NCBI GenBank assembly: GCA_047972415.1
Contig: JBKEAN010000056.1
Coordinates: forward strand, 9,111-73,110
Length of the DNA: 64,000 bases
Source of the DNA: Mangrovibacterium sp.
Lineage (GTDB): Bacteria; Bacteroidota; Bacteroidia; Bacteroidales; Prolixibacteraceae
Direction: 5' to 3'
Shown here one piece after another: positions 38,837 to 50,040 of the stretch. Both the position numbers and the translations under genes were made by a program. Each line of letters opens with the position of its first letter. Position 1 is the stretch's first letter. A model generated the notes under the pieces. It did no database searches. It was not told the DNA's origin and saw only the letters and a program-made list of their open reading frames with translations.

Positions 38837-39469
38837 ATGAAGACAGTAATTCAGATTGTACTTATCGTAGCCGCAATCGTTCTTGGATATTTGATTTACA
38901 ATAGTGTTCAGACTCCAATCGATTTTGAAAAAGTCAAGCAAGAACGTTATGGTTTGGTTGTAGACCGGTTGAAAGAAATTAGAAAAGCAGAACTAGCATA
39001 CAAAGATGTTCACGGACAATTTACCGGAAGCTTCGATACACTGATTAATTTTGTAAAAACCGGAAAACTGCCGTTGGTTCGCAAAATAGGTATGCTTACC
39101 GACAGTATGATTGAAGCTGGCTGGAACGAAGAAACAGCAATTAAAAAAGGTAAAATCATCCGCGATACCGTTCGTGTAAGTGTACTGGATACACTCTTCG
39201 GAAAATCATTTGATGCCAACACCCTGCAATATGTTCCGGTTGCCGACACGGTAGCTACATTCCATCTGGGTGCAACAATTTTGGAAACAGGGTCGGGTAT
39301 CCGTGTTCCGGTGTTCGAAGCAAAAGCGCACAACAACACAATTCTCAAAGGTTTGGATAAACAGTTGCTCATCAACCTGAACGACCGTGCCCGTACAAAC
39401 AGTAAGTATCCTGGTTTAAAAGTTGGTTCGTTGGAAGAAGCCAACAACAACGCCGGTAACTGGGAATAA
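38837..39469 (+). CDS. Conserved hypothetical membrane-anchored protein
   Basis: N-terminal TM helix; ends GLKVGSLEEANNNAGNWE; first gene of the DUF3822-rsmD operon. Confidence 0.8.
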   Translation: MKTVIQIVLIVAAIVLGYLIYNSVQTPIDFEKVKQERYGLVVDRLKEIRKAELAYKDVHGQFTGSFDTLINFVKTGKLPLVRKIGMLTDSMIEAGWNEETAIKKGKIIRDTVRVSVLDTLFGKSFDANTLQYVPVADTVATFHLGATILETGSGIRVPVFEAKAHNNTILKGLDKQLLINLNDRARTNSKYPGLKVGSLEEANNNAGNWE

Positions 39470-39478
39470 TCGTAGCTT

Positions 39479-40309
39479 ATGCAACGAATATCGCTGGTTG
39501 ACGAAACTTTCGATTTAAACTTTACATTAGAATATTGTCTGTCCATCCAGCTTAGTCTGGATGGATTTTCTTTTTCTATTCTGGACACAGTTCAGAACAA
39601 GGTGGTTTATTTGTTCCACCAGGAACTGTACGAAGCCGAACCCGATTTTTTGCTCAAGCGCTTAAAAACCATCTACGAAGAATCGGAATTATTGGAACTT
39701 CCGTATAAAAAAAACCGCATTTTACTGTCGGCCCCCGGACGAAGCTGCCTGATCCCCTACTCGTATTATCAGGCTAATCAACTGGATCGGTACCTTCAAA
39801 CAACACTAACACCCCGCTCTGGATTCGTGGCTCAAAGCACGGCTATTCCTGTCTTTTCGCAGTGGATAGTTTTTGATACCCCTCAGTTGATTCTGGAATT
39901 CCTTCAGCAGAAACACCCGGGTACCGAGTTAATGAATGAAACGAGAGTTGTTTGTCCCGAATTTGTCCGCTCACATAACACATTAAAAATAACCATTCAT
40001 AAAAAACATATCGTACTTATTGCGTTGAACGAGGCGGGAGTTTGTTTCTTCAACAGTTTTCCGTACGATACCGAAAACGATCAGCTTTATTACATTTTGG
40101 GAGTTGTAAAGCAGTTCGGATACGACCCCGAACACCTTATTCTGGATGGGCAGGTCAATAAACACGCAACTATTTATCACCGGCTCAAGCAATATTTTAA
40201 CCAGGTTGAAATTGCTGCCAACCCGCGTGGCATACACTTCAGCTACCTATTTGATAAACTGCCCGATGCCCGCTTTGTAACCCTTTTCAATAGTTTTGTA
40301 TGCGTATAG
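39479..40309 (+). CDS. DUF3822 family protein
   Basis: LSIQLSLDGFSF, FFNSFPY...DQLYYIL; directly upstream of rsmD. Confidence 0.8.
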   Translation: MQRISLVDETFDLNFTLEYCLSIQLSLDGFSFSILDTVQNKVVYLFHQELYEAEPDFLLKRLKTIYEESELLELPYKKNRILLSAPGRSCLIPYSYYQANQLDRYLQTTLTPRSGFVAQSTAIPVFSQWIVFDTPQLILEFLQQKHPGTELMNETRVVCPEFVRSHNTLKITIHKKHIVLIALNEAGVCFFNSFPYDTENDQLYYILGVVKQFGYDPEHLILDGQVNKHATIYHRLKQYFNQVEIAANPRGIHFSYLFDKLPDARFVTLFNSFVCV

Positions 40310-40839
40310 TTGGTGGAAAATACAGGGGACGGTTGTTCAATCCCGGCAAAAGTTTTCGTGCCCGTCCCACAACCGATATGGCCAAGGAGAGCCTGTTCAA
40401 TATTCTTCAGAACCAAATTGATTTTGAAGCAATTCGTGTACTCGATTTATTTTCAGGAACGGGAAGCATTTCGTTTGAATTTGCATCGCGCGGCTGTACC
40501 GACATTACCTCGGTCGAAGTCAATTTCCAGCATCACCGTTTCATTCAGGAAACCATTGAAAAACTGGGCGAAAAAAGCATTCGCGCCATCAAAGCCAATG
40601 CCTTTGTGTATGGCACAAAAACAGACCAACGTTTCGACCTGGTTTTTGCCGACCCGCCTTACGACCTCAAACAATTCGCGCAAGTTCCCAATTTGGTATT
40701 GAATGGCAACCTGCTTAAACCGGGTGGTTTATTCATTCTCGAACATTCTAAAAACTACGATTTCTCGGGTAGGTCCGAGTTTGTTGAACTTCGGAATTAC
40801 GGTTCGGTGCATTTTGCTTTTTTCCGAAAGCCCGAGTAG
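40300..40839 (+). CDS. rsmD: 16S rRNA m2G966 methyltransferase
   Basis: MRIVGG, RPTTDMAKESLFNIL, LDLFSGTG, DPPY. Confidence 0.93.
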   Translation: MRIVGGKYRGRLFNPGKSFRARPTTDMAKESLFNILQNQIDFEAIRVLDLFSGTGSISFEFASRGCTDITSVEVNFQHHRFIQETIEKLGEKSIRAIKANAFVYGTKTDQRFDLVFADPPYDLKQFAQVPNLVLNGNLLKPGGLFILEHSKNYDFSGRSEFVELRNYGSVHFAFFRKPE

Positions 40840-40943
40840 GACGTAGCTATACGCCAAATCCGATTGTCATCATTCGTTTTTTTTTATTTATCTGCCTTTT
40901 TTCAGTTAACTTGAGCCGTCTAACCAAGTTAATCTGTTAACCG

Positions 40944-42263
40944 ATGAAACAACTTATTCTAACCTCTGCCCTGCTGTTGGGCTTTCATTTTTTGTTTGCA
41001 CAGAAAAATTATCAGCCATCGCCTGAAAATCAGGCCAACCGCGAATGGTTTCAGGATGCCAAGTTCGGGCTTTTTATTCACTGGGGCGTTTATTCCGAAA
41101 TGGCTGGCGGCGGCGATTATGGTGTTGCCGAGTGGATCATGAACAGCAAGCAAATTCCGGTCAAGCAATACGAAAAGCTGGCCGGGTTCTTTAATCCAAC
41201 GGCTTTCGACCCTGCCGAATGGGTATCTACGGCTAAAAAAGCCGGAATAAAATACATCACGATTACCAGTAAACACCACGATGGCTTTGCGATATTCGAC
41301 TCTAAAATAAGTAATTATGACATTGTTGACTCATCGCCCTATGGAAAAGATATTCTGAAAATGCTAAAAGCCGAATGTGATAAGCAAGGAGTTAAATTGT
41401 TTTTTTATCACTCGCAATTGGACTGGCACCATCCCGATTATTTTCCGCGGGGCAACACAGGTAAAGGCTTTACCGGCCGCCCCGAAAGCGGTAACTGGAA
41501 CAAATACATTGACTACATGAATACCCAGCTGACCGAGTTATTGACCAATTATGGCGAAGTTGGCGGAATTTGGTTTGATGGCATGTGGGATAAGCCGGAT
41601 GCCGACTGGCGTTTGCATGAAACGTATGAGCTGATTCACCGTCTTCAACCGGGAGTGCTGATTGGGAGCAATCACCACCGTACGCCATACGAAGGCGAAG
41701 ATTTCCAAATGTTTGAGCGCGATCTTCCAGGCGAGAACACGATGGGGTTCAACCAAACCAGCAGCATATCCGAACTACCGATCGAAATGTGCGAAACCAT
41801 GAACGGAAGCTGGGGCTTCAACATCAAAGATCATTCCTATAAAACAAGCAAACAGCTCATTCAAACCATGGTGAAAGCTGCCGGTTACGGTGCTAACTTT
41901 CTGCTCAATACCGGCCCCATGCCGAATGGCAAAATTCAACCCGAAAATATTGATACGCTGATGATTATCGGAAAATGGATTGACAAATACGGGGACGCTA
42001 TTTACGGCACGCGAAAAGGACCGGTAAAACCAAGCAATTGGGGATCGACTACCCAAAAGGGAAACACGGTTTACCTGCACATACTGAATTTGAATGACGA
42101 AAACCTGCTACTCCCCGATTTCGGCAGAAAAATAAAATCGATGGTTTATTTTGACGATAACACGAGCGTAAAATTTAAGCATACCGAATTCGGGACACTT
42201 GTTAATCTTCCGCTTAACAAACGACAAAAAATTGATACCATCATAACCGTTAAAGTTGAATAA
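40944..42263 (+). CDS. Alpha-L-fucosidase (GH29), secreted
   Basis: WFQDAKFGLFIHWGVYS, TSKHHDGF, IWFDG. Confidence 0.93.
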   Translation: MKQLILTSALLLGFHFLFAQKNYQPSPENQANREWFQDAKFGLFIHWGVYSEMAGGGDYGVAEWIMNSKQIPVKQYEKLAGFFNPTAFDPAEWVSTAKKAGIKYITITSKHHDGFAIFDSKISNYDIVDSSPYGKDILKMLKAECDKQGVKLFFYHSQLDWHHPDYFPRGNTGKGFTGRPESGNWNKYIDYMNTQLTELLTNYGEVGGIWFDGMWDKPDADWRLHETYELIHRLQPGVLIGSNHHRTPYEGEDFQMFERDLPGENTMGFNQTSSISELPIEMCETMNGSWGFNIKDHSYKTSKQLIQTMVKAAGYGANFLLNTGPMPNGKIQPENIDTLMIIGKWIDKYGDAIYGTRKGPVKPSNWGSTTQKGNTVYLHILNLNDENLLLPDFGRKIKSMVYFDDNTSVKFKHTEFGTLVNLPLNKRQKIDTIITVKVE

Positions 42264-42286
42264 CCATTTTATCCAAAATTAACCTG

Positions 42287-42313
42287 AATGGCGGCCATTG
42301 TGGCGGCCATTTT
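42287..42313 (+). terminator. Possible terminator after fucosidase
   Basis: AATGGCGGCCA-TTG-TGGCGGCCATT with one mismatch, then a short T-run. Confidence 0.4.
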
Positions 42314-42440
42314 GCTATCTTTAGCTTTCGGGTGACAAATAATCGGGGCAATTTTACACAAAAACCCTTTTTCCCGAGGAATTGAAGATTCGCAAAAAAC
42401 CAGAGCAATCTCATCAGTAACAATAAAAAACCAGTTAACT

Positions 42441-43451
42441 ATGGCTGAATTGATACGTTGGGGAATTTTAAGTACCTCTAAAATTGGTGTTCAAAAAGTG
42501 GTTCCGGCTATTCAAAAAAGCAGCTTGGGCCGGGTAACCGCCATTTGCTCGCGAAACATCGATCAGGCAGTAAAAGTAGCGGGCGAATTGGCCATTGAAA
42601 AAGCGTACGGTTCCTACAACGAGCTATTGTCCGACCCGGATGTCGATGCCATTTACAACCCATTGCCCAATCACCTGCATGTAGAATGGACGTTGAAAAG
42701 TTTGGCTGCCGGAAAGCATGTTTTGTGCGAAAAACCAATCGGTTTATCAAAGCAAGAAGCTGAATTTCTAGCTGCTGAAGCTGCAAAGTATCCGCAACTG
42801 AAAGTGATGGAAGCCTTTATGTACCGCTTTCATCCGCAGTGGCAAAAAGTAAAAGAGCTCATTGCCAGCGGAGCAATTGGCACGGTTAAAACGATGCAAT
42901 GCTTTTTCTCCTATTACAACACCGACCCCAATAACATTCGTAACAATCCCGAAATCGGTGGCGGTGCACTCATGGATATTGGCTGCTATTGTATTTCGTT
43001 TCCACGCTTTATATATCATGAAGAGCCCCGTTCTGTTTTTGGGATCATGGAGCTTGACCCGGTGATGGGAACTGACCGTTTAACTTCGGGAATCCTCCAT
43101 TTTAGCAACGGCAAAACAGCAACATTTACGTGCTCAACCCAATTGGTACCGTTTCAGCGCCTGCACATTTTTGGCACCGATGGGCAATTGGTTATCGACA
43201 TCCCGGTAAACGCGCCCCCGCTTGAGAAAACAAGAGTAAGTCTACTTACAAAAACTGAAAACCGCGAGATTTGGTTCGATGCAGCCGATCAGTACAGCCT
43301 GCAAGCCGATGCTTTTGCCCATTCCGTTTTAAACAAGCAGCCCGTGCCAACTCCCCTCACCGACGCAATTGCCAATATGGCTGTAATTGATGCTATTCGC
43401 GAAAGCGCTGTTAAGAAATGCTTAGTCAACCTAAACACATCATCATTATAA
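42441..43451 (+). CDS. Gfo/Idh/MocA family oxidoreductase
   Basis: RWGILST, LPNHLH, GKHVLCEKP, EAFMYRFHPQW, GGGALMDIGCY. Confidence 0.93.
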   Translation: MAELIRWGILSTSKIGVQKVVPAIQKSSLGRVTAICSRNIDQAVKVAGELAIEKAYGSYNELLSDPDVDAIYNPLPNHLHVEWTLKSLAAGKHVLCEKPIGLSKQEAEFLAAEAAKYPQLKVMEAFMYRFHPQWQKVKELIASGAIGTVKTMQCFFSYYNTDPNNIRNNPEIGGGALMDIGCYCISFPRFIYHEEPRSVFGIMELDPVMGTDRLTSGILHFSNGKTATFTCSTQLVPFQRLHIFGTDGQLVIDIPVNAPPLEKTRVSLLTKTENREIWFDAADQYSLQADAFAHSVLNKQPVPTPLTDAIANMAVIDAIRESAVKKCLVNLNTSSL

Positions 43452-43658
43452 ACATTTGTCCAGAAATAAGGCAAATCTATAAAAACAGAGTACACGCCAA
43501 CCTGTTGTACCGAAAAAATATCGGGCTGAACAAGAAAAAGGTTCGGATTATTCAGGTTTTTTTTGATATATTAATGCCTTTGAAAGCAACCTTTAATGCC
43601 CGATTTTGTTTAGAAAGGTGATTCTTACACGAATGAAACTGTTTTAAAAACCACACAT

Positions 43659-45920
43659 ATGTTTGATCTTGATTTAATCAAAAAAACCTACGGGAATTTT
43701 GGCCCCCGTATAGCTTTGGCCAGAGAAGTATTAAAAAGACCGCTCACTTTATCCGAGAAGATTTTGTACGCTCACTTATACGAGCCGGAAAAAGTTGAAA
43801 ACTTCAAACGGGGTGTCGATTATGTAGACTTTGCTCCCGACCGCGTGGCCATGCAAGATGCTACCGCGCAAATGGCATTACTTCAGTTTATGAACGCCGG
43901 AAAAGCCAAAACTGCTGTTCCATCAACCGTACATTGCGACCACCTGATTCAGGCGAGCATTGATGGCGTAACCGACCTCAAGTTTGCCCTCGACAACAAT
44001 AAAGAAGTATTTGCATTTCTCGAATCGGTATCGAACAAATACGGAATCGGGTTCTGGAAACCGGGCGCTGGTATCATTCACCAGGTGGTACTCGAAAACT
44101 ACGCGTTCCCCGGCGGAATGATGATTGGCACCGATTCACACACCGTAAATGCCGGTGGTTTGGGAATGATTGCCATTGGTGTTGGCGGTGCCGATGCGGT
44201 TGACGTTATGGCTGGAATGGCTTGGGAGTTGAAGTTCCCGAAACTGATTGGTATAAAACTGACGGGTAAGCTGAATGGCTGGACTGCCCCGAAGGACATT
44301 ATATTGAAAGTAGCTGGTTTACTGACTGTAAAAGGAGGAACCGGCTGTATTGTTGAATATTTTGGCGAAGGCGCTCAATCGCTTTCGGCCACCGGGAAAG
44401 GAACTATTTGTAACATGGGTGCCGAAATTGGCGCCACCACGTCAACCTTTGGTTACGATGCCTCAATGGCCCGCTACCTAAAAGCAACCGGCCGCGCGCA
44501 AGTTGCCGATATGGCCGATATTATTGCCGAGCACCTGACGGCCGACCCCGAAGTTTATGCAAACCCCGAAAAATATTTCGACCAACTTATTGAAATTAAT
44601 TTAGATGAACTGGAACCCTATCTGAATGGCCCCTTCACCCCCGACCGAGCCACACCTATTTCGAAAATGGCCGAAGAAGCCAAGGCAAATGGTTGGCCAA
44701 CGAAGGTTGAAGTCGGGCTGATTGGTTCGTGTACCAACTCGTCGTACGAAGATATTTCGCGGGCAGCATCGCTGGCCCAACAGGCTGTTGATAAAAAATT
44801 GAAAACCAAAGCCCAGTTTACCATTACTCCGGGCTCGGAACAAGTTCGTTACACCATTGAGCGTGATGGTTTTATTGATATTTTCGATAAAATTGGCGCC
44901 AATGTCTTCGCCAATGCCTGCGGTCCCTGCATCGGTCAGTGGAACCGCCCTGGCGCCGACAAAGGCGAGAAAAACACCATTGTCCATTCCTTCAACCGAA
45001 ACTTCTCGAAACGCGCCGATGGCAACCCGAATACCTATGCCTTTGTTGGTTCTCCCGAGTTGGTAACAGCCTTGGCTATTGCCGGCGACTTGAGCTTCAA
45101 CCCACTGAAAGACACACTCGTAAACGAAGAAGGTAAAGCGGTAAAACTAGATCCACCAACCGGTGAAGAACTTCCGAAAAAAGGCTTTGCTGTTGACGAT
45201 CCGGGTTACCAGGCACCTGCTGCCGATGGTTCGAAAGTAAACGTTACTGTTGCGCCCGACTCAAAACGACTTGAACTATTAACTGCATTCCTCCCCTGGG
45301 ATGGCAAAAACATCACTGGTGCCCAACTGCTGATTAAAGCGGAAGGAAAATGCACTACCGACCATATTTCGATGGCTGGTCCTTGGTTGCGTTTCCGCGG
45401 CCATCTCGATAATATTTCAAACAACATGCTGATTGGCGCTGTGAATGCTTTCAACGGCGAAACCAACAAGGTTAAAAATGAATTGACGGGTCAATACGAT
45501 GAAGTGCCGAAAGTGCAGCGCGCCTACAAAGCGGCCGGCATACCAACAGTTGTTGTTGGCGACCACAACTACGGCGAAGGTTCATCGCGCGAGCACGCCG
45601 CCATGGAACCACGTCACTTGGGTGTAAAAGCAGTTCTTGTGAAATCGTTTGCCCGTATCCACGAAACCAACCTGAAAAAACAAGGTATGCTGGCATTGAC
45701 TTTTGCCAACGAAGCAGATTACGCCAAAATTCAGGAAGACGACCAGTTTAATTTCCGCGATTTAGTTGAATTTGCTCCCGGCAAGCCATTGACGGTTGAA
45801 CTGATACATGCCAATGGTTCAAAAGAGTCCATCAAACTGAACCACAGCTACAACGAACAACAAATAGAATGGTTTAAAGCAGGCTCGGCGCTGAACCTGA
45901 TTGCCGGACAAAACAGGTAA
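43659..45920 (+). CDS. acnA: Aconitate hydratase (mitochondrial-like type)
   Basis: [54 protein letters not shown]. Confidence 0.96.
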   Translation: MFDLDLIKKTYGNFGPRIALAREVLKRPLTLSEKILYAHLYEPEKVENFKRGVDYVDFAPDRVAMQDATAQMALLQFMNAGKAKTAVPSTVHCDHLIQASIDGVTDLKFALDNNKEVFAFLESVSNKYGIGFWKPGAGIIHQVVLENYAFPGGMMIGTDSHTVNAGGLGMIAIGVGGADAVDVMAGMAWELKFPKLIGIKLTGKLNGWTAPKDIILKVAGLLTVKGGTGCIVEYFGEGAQSLSATGKGTICNMGAEIGATTSTFGYDASMARYLKATGRAQVADMADIIAEHLTADPEVYANPEKYFDQLIEINLDELEPYLNGPFTPDRATPISKMAEEAKANGWPTKVEVGLIGSCTNSSYEDISRAASLAQQAVDKKLKTKAQFTITPGSEQVRYTIERDGFIDIFDKIGANVFANACGPCIGQWNRPGADKGEKNTIVHSFNRNFSKRADGNPNTYAFVGSPELVTALAIAGDLSFNPLKDTLVNEEGKAVKLDPPTGEELPKKGFAVDDPGYQAPAADGSKVNVTVAPDSKRLELLTAFLPWDGKNITGAQLLIKAEGKCTTDHISMAGPWLRFRGHLDNISNNMLIGAVNAFNGETNKVKNELTGQYDEVPKVQRAYKAAGIPTVVVGDHNYGEGSSREHAAMEPRHLGVKAVLVKSFARIHETNLKKQGMLALTFANEADYAKIQEDDQFNFRDLVEFAPGKPLTVELIHANGSKESIKLNHSYNEQQIEWFKAGSALNLIAGQNR

Positions 45921-45953
45921 CCCAATAAATTAACGTATAAACGCACCCGCAAA

Positions 45954-47186
45954 ATGAGTAAAATTAAAGTTGCGAATCCGGTTGTTGAACTGGACGGAGA
46001 CGAAATGACCCGGGTTATTTGGTCATTCATCAAAGAAAAATTGATTTTCCCTTACCTCGACGTTGATATTAAATATTACGATTTGGGAATGGAAAACCGC
46101 GATGCAACCGACGACCAGGTGACTATTGATGCTGCCAATGCCATAAAAAAATACGGCGTTGGGATTAAATGTGCCACCATTACACCCGACGAAGCCCGTG
46201 TAAAAGAGTTTGGTTTGAAAAAAATGTGGAAATCGCCCAACGGCACCATCCGTAACATACTGGATGGTACCGTATTCCGCGAACCCATTATTATTAGTAA
46301 TATACCGCGGTTGGTTCCCGGATGGAAAAAACCAATCTGCATCGGCCGTCATGCCTTTGGCGACCAGTACCGTGCCACCGACTTTGTGACCAAAGGCCCC
46401 GGTAAACTTACAATTACGTTCACGCCCGCAGACGGCGGCGAAGCACAATCGTATGACGTGTACGATTTTAAAGACGATGGCGTTGCGATGGCTATGTACA
46501 ACACCGACGAATCGATTATCGGATTTGCACGGGCCTGTATGAACCAGGCGCTCGACAAAGGTTGGCCACTGTACCTGTCGACCAAAAACACCATTCTGAA
46601 AAAATACGACGGCCGTTTCAAGGACCTGTTTCAGCAAGTATTTGATGCGGAGTTTAAAACAAAATTTGAAACCGCCGGCATTACCTACGAGCACCGCTTA
46701 ATCGACGACATGGTTGCCGCCGCCATGAAATGGGAAGGTGGCTTCGTGTGGGCTTGTAAAAACTACGATGGCGACGTTCAGTCAGATACAGTTGCACAGG
46801 GATTTGGTTCGCTAGGTTTGATGACTTCAACCCTGATAACGCCCGACGGCAAAACAATGGAAGCCGAAGCTGCCCACGGTACTGTTACACGCCACTACCG
46901 CCAACACCAGCAAGGCAAACCAACTTCGACCAACCCCATTGCCTCTATTTTTGCATGGACACGCGGTTTGGCTTTCCGGGGCAAACTCGATGGCAACGGT
47001 GCACTCGTTAACTTTGCTAAAGCGTTGGAAGAAGTTTGTATTGAAACAGTTGAGAGTGGAAAAATGACCAAAGATTTAGCCATGATCGTTCATGAAAAAG
47101 ATCTGAAGCCGGAGCACTACCTGACAACGGAAGATTTCCTGAGTGCCATTGATGCTAATTTAAAAGCAAAACTTTCGTCCAATTAA
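45954..47186 (+). CDS. icd: Isocitrate dehydrogenase, NADP-dependent, eukaryote-like type II
   Basis: [46 protein letters not shown]. Confidence 0.96.
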   Translation: MSKIKVANPVVELDGDEMTRVIWSFIKEKLIFPYLDVDIKYYDLGMENRDATDDQVTIDAANAIKKYGVGIKCATITPDEARVKEFGLKKMWKSPNGTIRNILDGTVFREPIIISNIPRLVPGWKKPICIGRHAFGDQYRATDFVTKGPGKLTITFTPADGGEAQSYDVYDFKDDGVAMAMYNTDESIIGFARACMNQALDKGWPLYLSTKNTILKKYDGRFKDLFQQVFDAEFKTKFETAGITYEHRLIDDMVAAAMKWEGGFVWACKNYDGDVQSDTVAQGFGSLGLMTSTLITPDGKTMEAEAAHGTVTRHYRQHQQGKPTSTNPIASIFAWTRGLAFRGKLDGNGALVNFAKALEEVCIETVESGKMTKDLAMIVHEKDLKPEHYLTTEDFLSAIDANLKAKLSSN

Positions 47187-47187
47187 T

Positions 47188-48456
47188 ATGGAAGAACTGA
47201 TTACTCGAAAAAACGATAAGCTGACAGTGCCCGACTGCCCGGTTATCCCCTACATTGAAGGCGATGGCATAGGTAAAGACATTACCACACCGAGCCAAAA
47301 GGTGATTGATGCGGCGGTTGAAAAAGCGTACAACGGTAAACGCAAAATCGTATGGAAGGAAGTTCTGGCCGGTAAAAAAGCTTTTGAACAAACAGCGACC
47401 CACCTCCCCGACGAAACACTGGAAGCCTTCAAAAAATACCTGGTTGGTATTAAAGGCCCTCTGGAAACCCCCGTTGGAGGTGGAATGCGCTCACTCAACG
47501 TAGCACTGCGCCAAACCCTCGATTTGTATGTTTGCCTGCGCCCGGTGAGGTGGTTCAAAGGCGTCCCCTCGCCTATCCGCTACCCGGAACTGGTTGATAT
47601 GCATATCTTCCGCGAAAACACCGAAGACATTTATGCAGGAATCGAATTTATGGCCGGTGAAGAAAAGACGAAGAAATTTCTCGGTTTTCTTCAAACCGAA
47701 ATGGGTATTAAAACCCAGATTCGTTTTCCCGAATCGTCTTCGTTTGGTGTAAAACCGGTTTCCAAAGAAGGTTCGGAACGGCTTGTCCGCGCGGCCATTG
47801 AATACGCCGTCGAACGGAAACTACCATCGGTAACACTCGTGCACAAAGGTAATATCATGAAGTTTACCGAGGGAGCATTTAAAAACTACGGGTACGATTT
47901 AGCTGAACGTGAATTTGCTGCTGAGGTTTTTACCTGGCGCCAATACCAGCAAATCGAAAAAGAAAAAGGGCAACTTGACGCAAAAAAGGCATTCGACGAT
48001 GCAAAGAACGTCGGCAAAGTCATTGTGAAAGATGTGATTACAGATGCCTTTTTGCAGGAAAGCCTGTTGCACCCGTTCGACTATTCGGTGATTGCAACAC
48101 TAAACTTAAACGGCGATTACGTATCGGATCAGTTAGCAGCAATGGTTGGCGGTATCGGTATTTCACCGGGAGCCAACATTAACTACAACAGTGGTTATGC
48201 CATTTTTGAAGCTACGCACGGAACCGCACCAAACATTGCCGGAACTGGTAAAGCGAACCCAAGCTCGCTAATCCTTTCGGGCGTTATGATGCTGGATTAC
48301 ATGGGTTGGACCGAAGCTGCCGAATATATTTTGGATGCGATGGAACATACCTTTGCCAAACGACGGGTTACTTCCGACCTTCATGCCATGATGGAAGGGG
48401 CAACCTTATTGTCAACCGCTGAGTTTAGTGAAGAAATTATACGCAACATGCACTAA
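47188..48456 (+). CDS. icd: Isocitrate dehydrogenase, E. coli-like type I
   Basis: [65 protein letters not shown]. Confidence 0.95.
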   Translation: MEELITRKNDKLTVPDCPVIPYIEGDGIGKDITTPSQKVIDAAVEKAYNGKRKIVWKEVLAGKKAFEQTATHLPDETLEAFKKYLVGIKGPLETPVGGGMRSLNVALRQTLDLYVCLRPVRWFKGVPSPIRYPELVDMHIFRENTEDIYAGIEFMAGEEKTKKFLGFLQTEMGIKTQIRFPESSSFGVKPVSKEGSERLVRAAIEYAVERKLPSVTLVHKGNIMKFTEGAFKNYGYDLAEREFAAEVFTWRQYQQIEKEKGQLDAKKAFDDAKNVGKVIVKDVITDAFLQESLLHPFDYSVIATLNLNGDYVSDQLAAMVGGIGISPGANINYNSGYAIFEATHGTAPNIAGTGKANPSSLILSGVMMLDYMGWTEAAEYILDAMEHTFAKRRVTSDLHAMMEGATLLSTAEFSEEIIRNMH

Positions 48457-48486
48457 GAATCTAAAAATCAATCAAATTAATTAGAC

Positions 48487-49797
48487 ATGGAATATATTAA
48501 GAATAGGTTTTACGAAACCTCCAGCAAGCACATTGCTGAGTACCAAAAACTAAAATCGGAACACGGTGATAAAGTGCTTGGTAACGTGACCATCGGCCAG
48601 GTTTTAACCGGGATGAAGGGTATTCCTGCGCTTTTAACCGAAACTTCAAAGCTCGACGCCAACGAAGGTATCCGTTTCCGCGGTTTTTCAATTCCTGAGC
48701 TTCGCCAAAAACTTCCGCGCCTGGCACCGGACGGCGAACCGCTTCCCGAAGGTCTGTTGTATTTAATGTTACTGGGCGAAATACCCGAACAGGAAGATGT
48801 TGCCAACCTGTCCAAAGACTTGTCAACCCGGGCACACGTACCACAGCACGTTTTTGACGTGATTGATGCCATGCCGAAAACAGCGCGTCCGATGACCATG
48901 TTTAGCGCTGCAATAGTAGCCATGGCCACCGAATCTGTATTTCAGAAAGCTTACCGCTCCGGCATTCACCGCAAGTTCTATTGGGACTTTATGTACGACG
49001 ATGTAATGAACCTCATTGCGCGTTTACCTCGTATTGCAGCCTACATTTATCGTCGCGTTTATTTTAAAGATAAGCACATCGATCCAGATCCACGCCTGGA
49101 TTGGGCTGGGAACCTTGCCCACATGATGGGACATGGCTCTGATGAAGTTAAAAAACTGATGCGCCTGTACATGGTCATTCACGCCGACCACGAAGGAGGA
49201 AACGTTTCGGCCCATGCAACGCACCTGGTTGGTTCTGCACTCAGCAATCCGTATTACGCATTGGGTGCAGGTATGCTCGGTCTGGCCGGTCCTTTGCACG
49301 GTTATGCAAACCAGGATGTTATTAACTGGATTTTCGAAATGATTGACGACCTGCGGACAGACGAACCGACTAAAGAGCAACTAGAAGGCTATGTACACAA
49401 AACCTTGATGGCCGGACGGGTAGTTCCCGGGTATGGACATGCTGTTTTGCGGGTTACCGACCCACGCTTTACGGCCCAAAAAGAATTCGCAGACAAATAC
49501 ATTAAAGATGACAAACTGATAAACCTGGTGAATAACCTGTACGAAGTTATTCCGCCAATATTAGGTTCGGTTGGAAAAATCAGTAATCCGTGGCCCAATG
49601 TTGATGCTTATTCCGGAGCCCTGCTCTACCACTACGGAATCAAAGAGTATTCATTCTACACGGTATTGTTTGGTGTATCGCGGGCAATGGGAGTATTGTC
49701 ATCGTTGGTTATGGATCGGCTCTACGGTTTGCCAATCGAGCGGCCATCGTCGTATCCGCTAAGCTGGTTTACTGATAAAGCTGAAGAAAAAAAATAG
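48487..49797 (+). CDS. gltA: Citrate (Si)-synthase, eukaryote-like
   Basis: EGIRFRG, HADHEGGNVSAH, GLAGPLHG, VPGYGHAVLR, WPNVDA. Confidence 0.95.
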   Translation: MEYIKNRFYETSSKHIAEYQKLKSEHGDKVLGNVTIGQVLTGMKGIPALLTETSKLDANEGIRFRGFSIPELRQKLPRLAPDGEPLPEGLLYLMLLGEIPEQEDVANLSKDLSTRAHVPQHVFDVIDAMPKTARPMTMFSAAIVAMATESVFQKAYRSGIHRKFYWDFMYDDVMNLIARLPRIAAYIYRRVYFKDKHIDPDPRLDWAGNLAHMMGHGSDEVKKLMRLYMVIHADHEGGNVSAHATHLVGSALSNPYYALGAGMLGLAGPLHGYANQDVINWIFEMIDDLRTDEPTKEQLEGYVHKTLMAGRVVPGYGHAVLRVTDPRFTAQKEFADKYIKDDKLINLVNNLYEVIPPILGSVGKISNPWPNVDAYSGALLYHYGIKEYSFYTVLFGVSRAMGVLSSLVMDRLYGLPIERPSSYPLSWFTDKAEEKK

Positions 49798-49821
49798 CTT
49801 TTTTCGCTAAAAAAATACCCT

Positions 49822-49856
49822 GAGGCTGCGTTTTATCAATGCAGCCTCTTCTTTTT
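49822..49856 (+). terminator. Intrinsic terminator of the TCA operon
   Basis: GAGGCTGCGT...ATGCAGCCTC followed by TTCTTTTT. Confidence 0.75.
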
Positions 49857-50040
49857 GCCGTTTTTAAAGGGCGAAAATTGTTAATAACCTCTTGCAAAAA
49901 CCAATAAAATAGGCTTCCAAATACGCACCAAAAGCGGCACACAGCAGTTATTAACAATTGTTTATATCCTTGGTGCAAACATGGTTCATTTAAAACCCTC
50001 AAAATACTTGATTTGAGTAACTTTTGTATTGTATCTTTAT

